DNA of 64,000 nt from Sphaerodactylus townsendi. Taxonomy: Eukaryota. The position numbers and the translations under genes were made by a program. Shown piece after piece: positions 61,976-64,000 of this stretch. The stretch spans positions 32,612,001 to 32,676,000 of the forward strand of contig NC_059437.1 of assembly GCF_021028975.2 (NCBI RefSeq), written 5' to 3'. The notes under the pieces are model-generated. The model worked only from the letters and a program-made list of their open reading frames with translations. It did no database searches and had not been told where the DNA came from. Each line of letters opens with the position of its first letter. Position 1 is the first letter of the stretch.

Positions 61976-64000
61976 GTAATGCTGTGATTGCCTGCAGACT
62001 CTCGCTATCCCTACCTTTCTTCCCTGTTGCCCAGCTTTCTGGCTGACACGAGCTCTTGCACTCTTGCTGCTAACTTCTAGTAATACTGAAGTATAGTGGG
62101 TCTTGAGCTTCATGTCATTAGGTTCCCAGTGGGGAAGAATCTGTCTTGGGGTATTCTGGAGTAGGCTGTGGTATTGTTTTGGAGATCACATGTTACAGCA
62201 TCACCCCATGTGCAGTGAGGGCTAAAACCTAAATGCATGCAGAGCTGACAATAGTTTGGGGCACCGTGAGCAAGATGCTGTCCAGATGCATGAGCTGTGC
62301 TGCCACCAGAGATGGTTCTTTCTTCAGCCCAAGACGCCAGGCAAGTAGCTGCCGCCGCCACCACCACCTCCCACAGGGCATTGACAGACACTTGAAGTTG
62401 CTGTTGCTATTGTGTGGACCAGGGGTAGGGAACCTGTGGCTCTCCAGATGTTCAGGAACTACAATTCCCATCAGCCTCTGTCAGCATGGCCAATTGGACG
62501 AATGGCTGACAGTTGTAACAAGCACGGGAGTGTGAGCTGTGGCTAAGAAGAGATGGAGCTGCCACCAGAGGGAGCAGCACCTGAGAGGATGAAGCCAAGA
62601 GGCAGCAGCTTCTGCAACATCTTGGTCGTTGTGGAGACCAGCAATAGACAGATCAGCCTTCTCCTGTTGTGTTGCCTGTTGCTTCTGGCAGTGGCTACTG
62701 CTGCACCACTTGCTCAAGGGAGCCGCAGAGTAGGAGAGAGAGGTGCTGTGGAGCAGGGGTGATCTTAGTGATACTGCAGCTCTGGGCAAAAGTCCAGGAC
62801 GGGTCCCCAGAATCACTGTCTGCCCCTTGCCAGCTGCCCTGCCAGAGCCAAGCAAGGGGAGGATCTTGCCTGTGCAAGGTAGGCAGGAGCCACCATTGGA
62901 AGACAGTTACCTAAGCCCCAGGCGGGGCAGACACGAATGGTGGCAGCAGCCTGGTCGTCTTCCTTCTCCCTTTCTTCTAGGGTGGGACATGGGCGGTTGG
63001 GGATCCTGCCAGAGGAGGGGCCAGGGCAGTTGCCTGAGTTTGCCATTGTAAATAACAGTGGGGCTCCACAGGTTGAGAATGCCACACTAATGTAATCCAT
63101 GCATAGGTTGGCAATAGTAACAGTGTAAATATCTTCTATTATTCAAAGGTACAGTATATAAAGTCTGTGCATACAGTCATTCTGTTCCACATGGGTGCAA
63201 TAAACAACTTAAATCACATCAAGTTGTTTGTGTTTATTTTGGATGTATGTAACCTCATAGACTAAGTTATTGAAACTATAAATAGGTATAGCAACCTTAA
63301 AGCATATGAAATAAAAACATCTTTGCTGAAATTAGCATATATATACACTGGACACTCTGACTTTTGCAATAATATAACTGCAAGGGAACAAAATCTCAAA
63401 TTTGTGTCAAGTGTCACAAAACTTCTATATTCACAAATATGCCGAACATCTCATTGAATGTGTAGTATTATACACAAATACACCAAGTTTACGTCAAGTG
63501 CAGCAGCAGTTGAACAGATTCCCAGTACATGATAAATGGTGCTAGCAGAAAGTGCTTACAACTTATTTCTTCCTTTTTATGATGTAAGCAATTAGCAAGT
63601 TAGAAACTGCTAATAGTTGCACTTGACAAGGTATTAGCAGGCACTTTCTTCCAGCTTAGAGCTGCAAGACTTAAAATCAGAACGAATAGTTCAAAGAGGC
63701 TCACAGTCAACCTATAAAAGGTATAGTAAACAGATCTCTGTGGTAATCAAACCTAATGACATCTTCCTCAGCACAAAAACTCTCAGCATGGGAGCTCAAA
63801 CTTTCACAGGGGTTGGGGCATTGCAGTGGGGCATGTCCCTAATTGGGTTCTTAAATGTAGTGTATAAGAATAACATGAGTCTATAGGACTCACATCTAAG
63901 TCGAAGGAAGGCAGGCAGGCAGGCAGGCAGGAAGGCAGGAAGGAAAACTTACCCTGCAGGAAAAAAAGTGCTGATCTATAAGAATAACATGCCATTGAAT

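Noticed and set aside
61976-64000. Intronic miRNA cluster as in eutherian CLCN5 (miR-500 family)
   Set aside because: No recognisable mature sequences or repeated hairpins; most of the intron lies outside the window

Overview
Vertebrate (squamate, most likely gecko, judged from its SINE/CR1/hAT repeats) genomic window, not prokaryotic. Splice-site reconstruction gives four protein-coding loci. (1) A 5'-incomplete TNIP/ABIN-family gene (+, ~690-5353) with two tandem UBAN-type ubiquitin-binding motifs on duplicated-looking exons. (2) The intron-containing RagA/B GTPase gene (-, 313 aa, CDS 8744-13193). (3) A divergent RGCC (RGC-32)-like gene (+, ~110 aa, 17483-22954). (4) The 5' part of CLCN5 (probable CpG-island first exon near 39.2 kb; long-isoform N-terminal coding exon 61822-61975). 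Also present: an intact tRNA-Glu(TTC), an antisense WARS1 retrocopy with an odd insertion-riddled core, a degenerate non-LTR retrotransposon interrupted by a CR1 tail, SPIN-type and other hAT MITEs, Penelope-like ends, many SINEs, a 354-bp near-perfect palindrome, several CTCF-like sites and one 192-N gap. The best novelty candidates are the tandem-UBAN ABIN paralogue and the RGCC paralogue, both probably ohnologues absent from the human X-linked block. Family assignments rest on recalled reference sequences; no database search was run.
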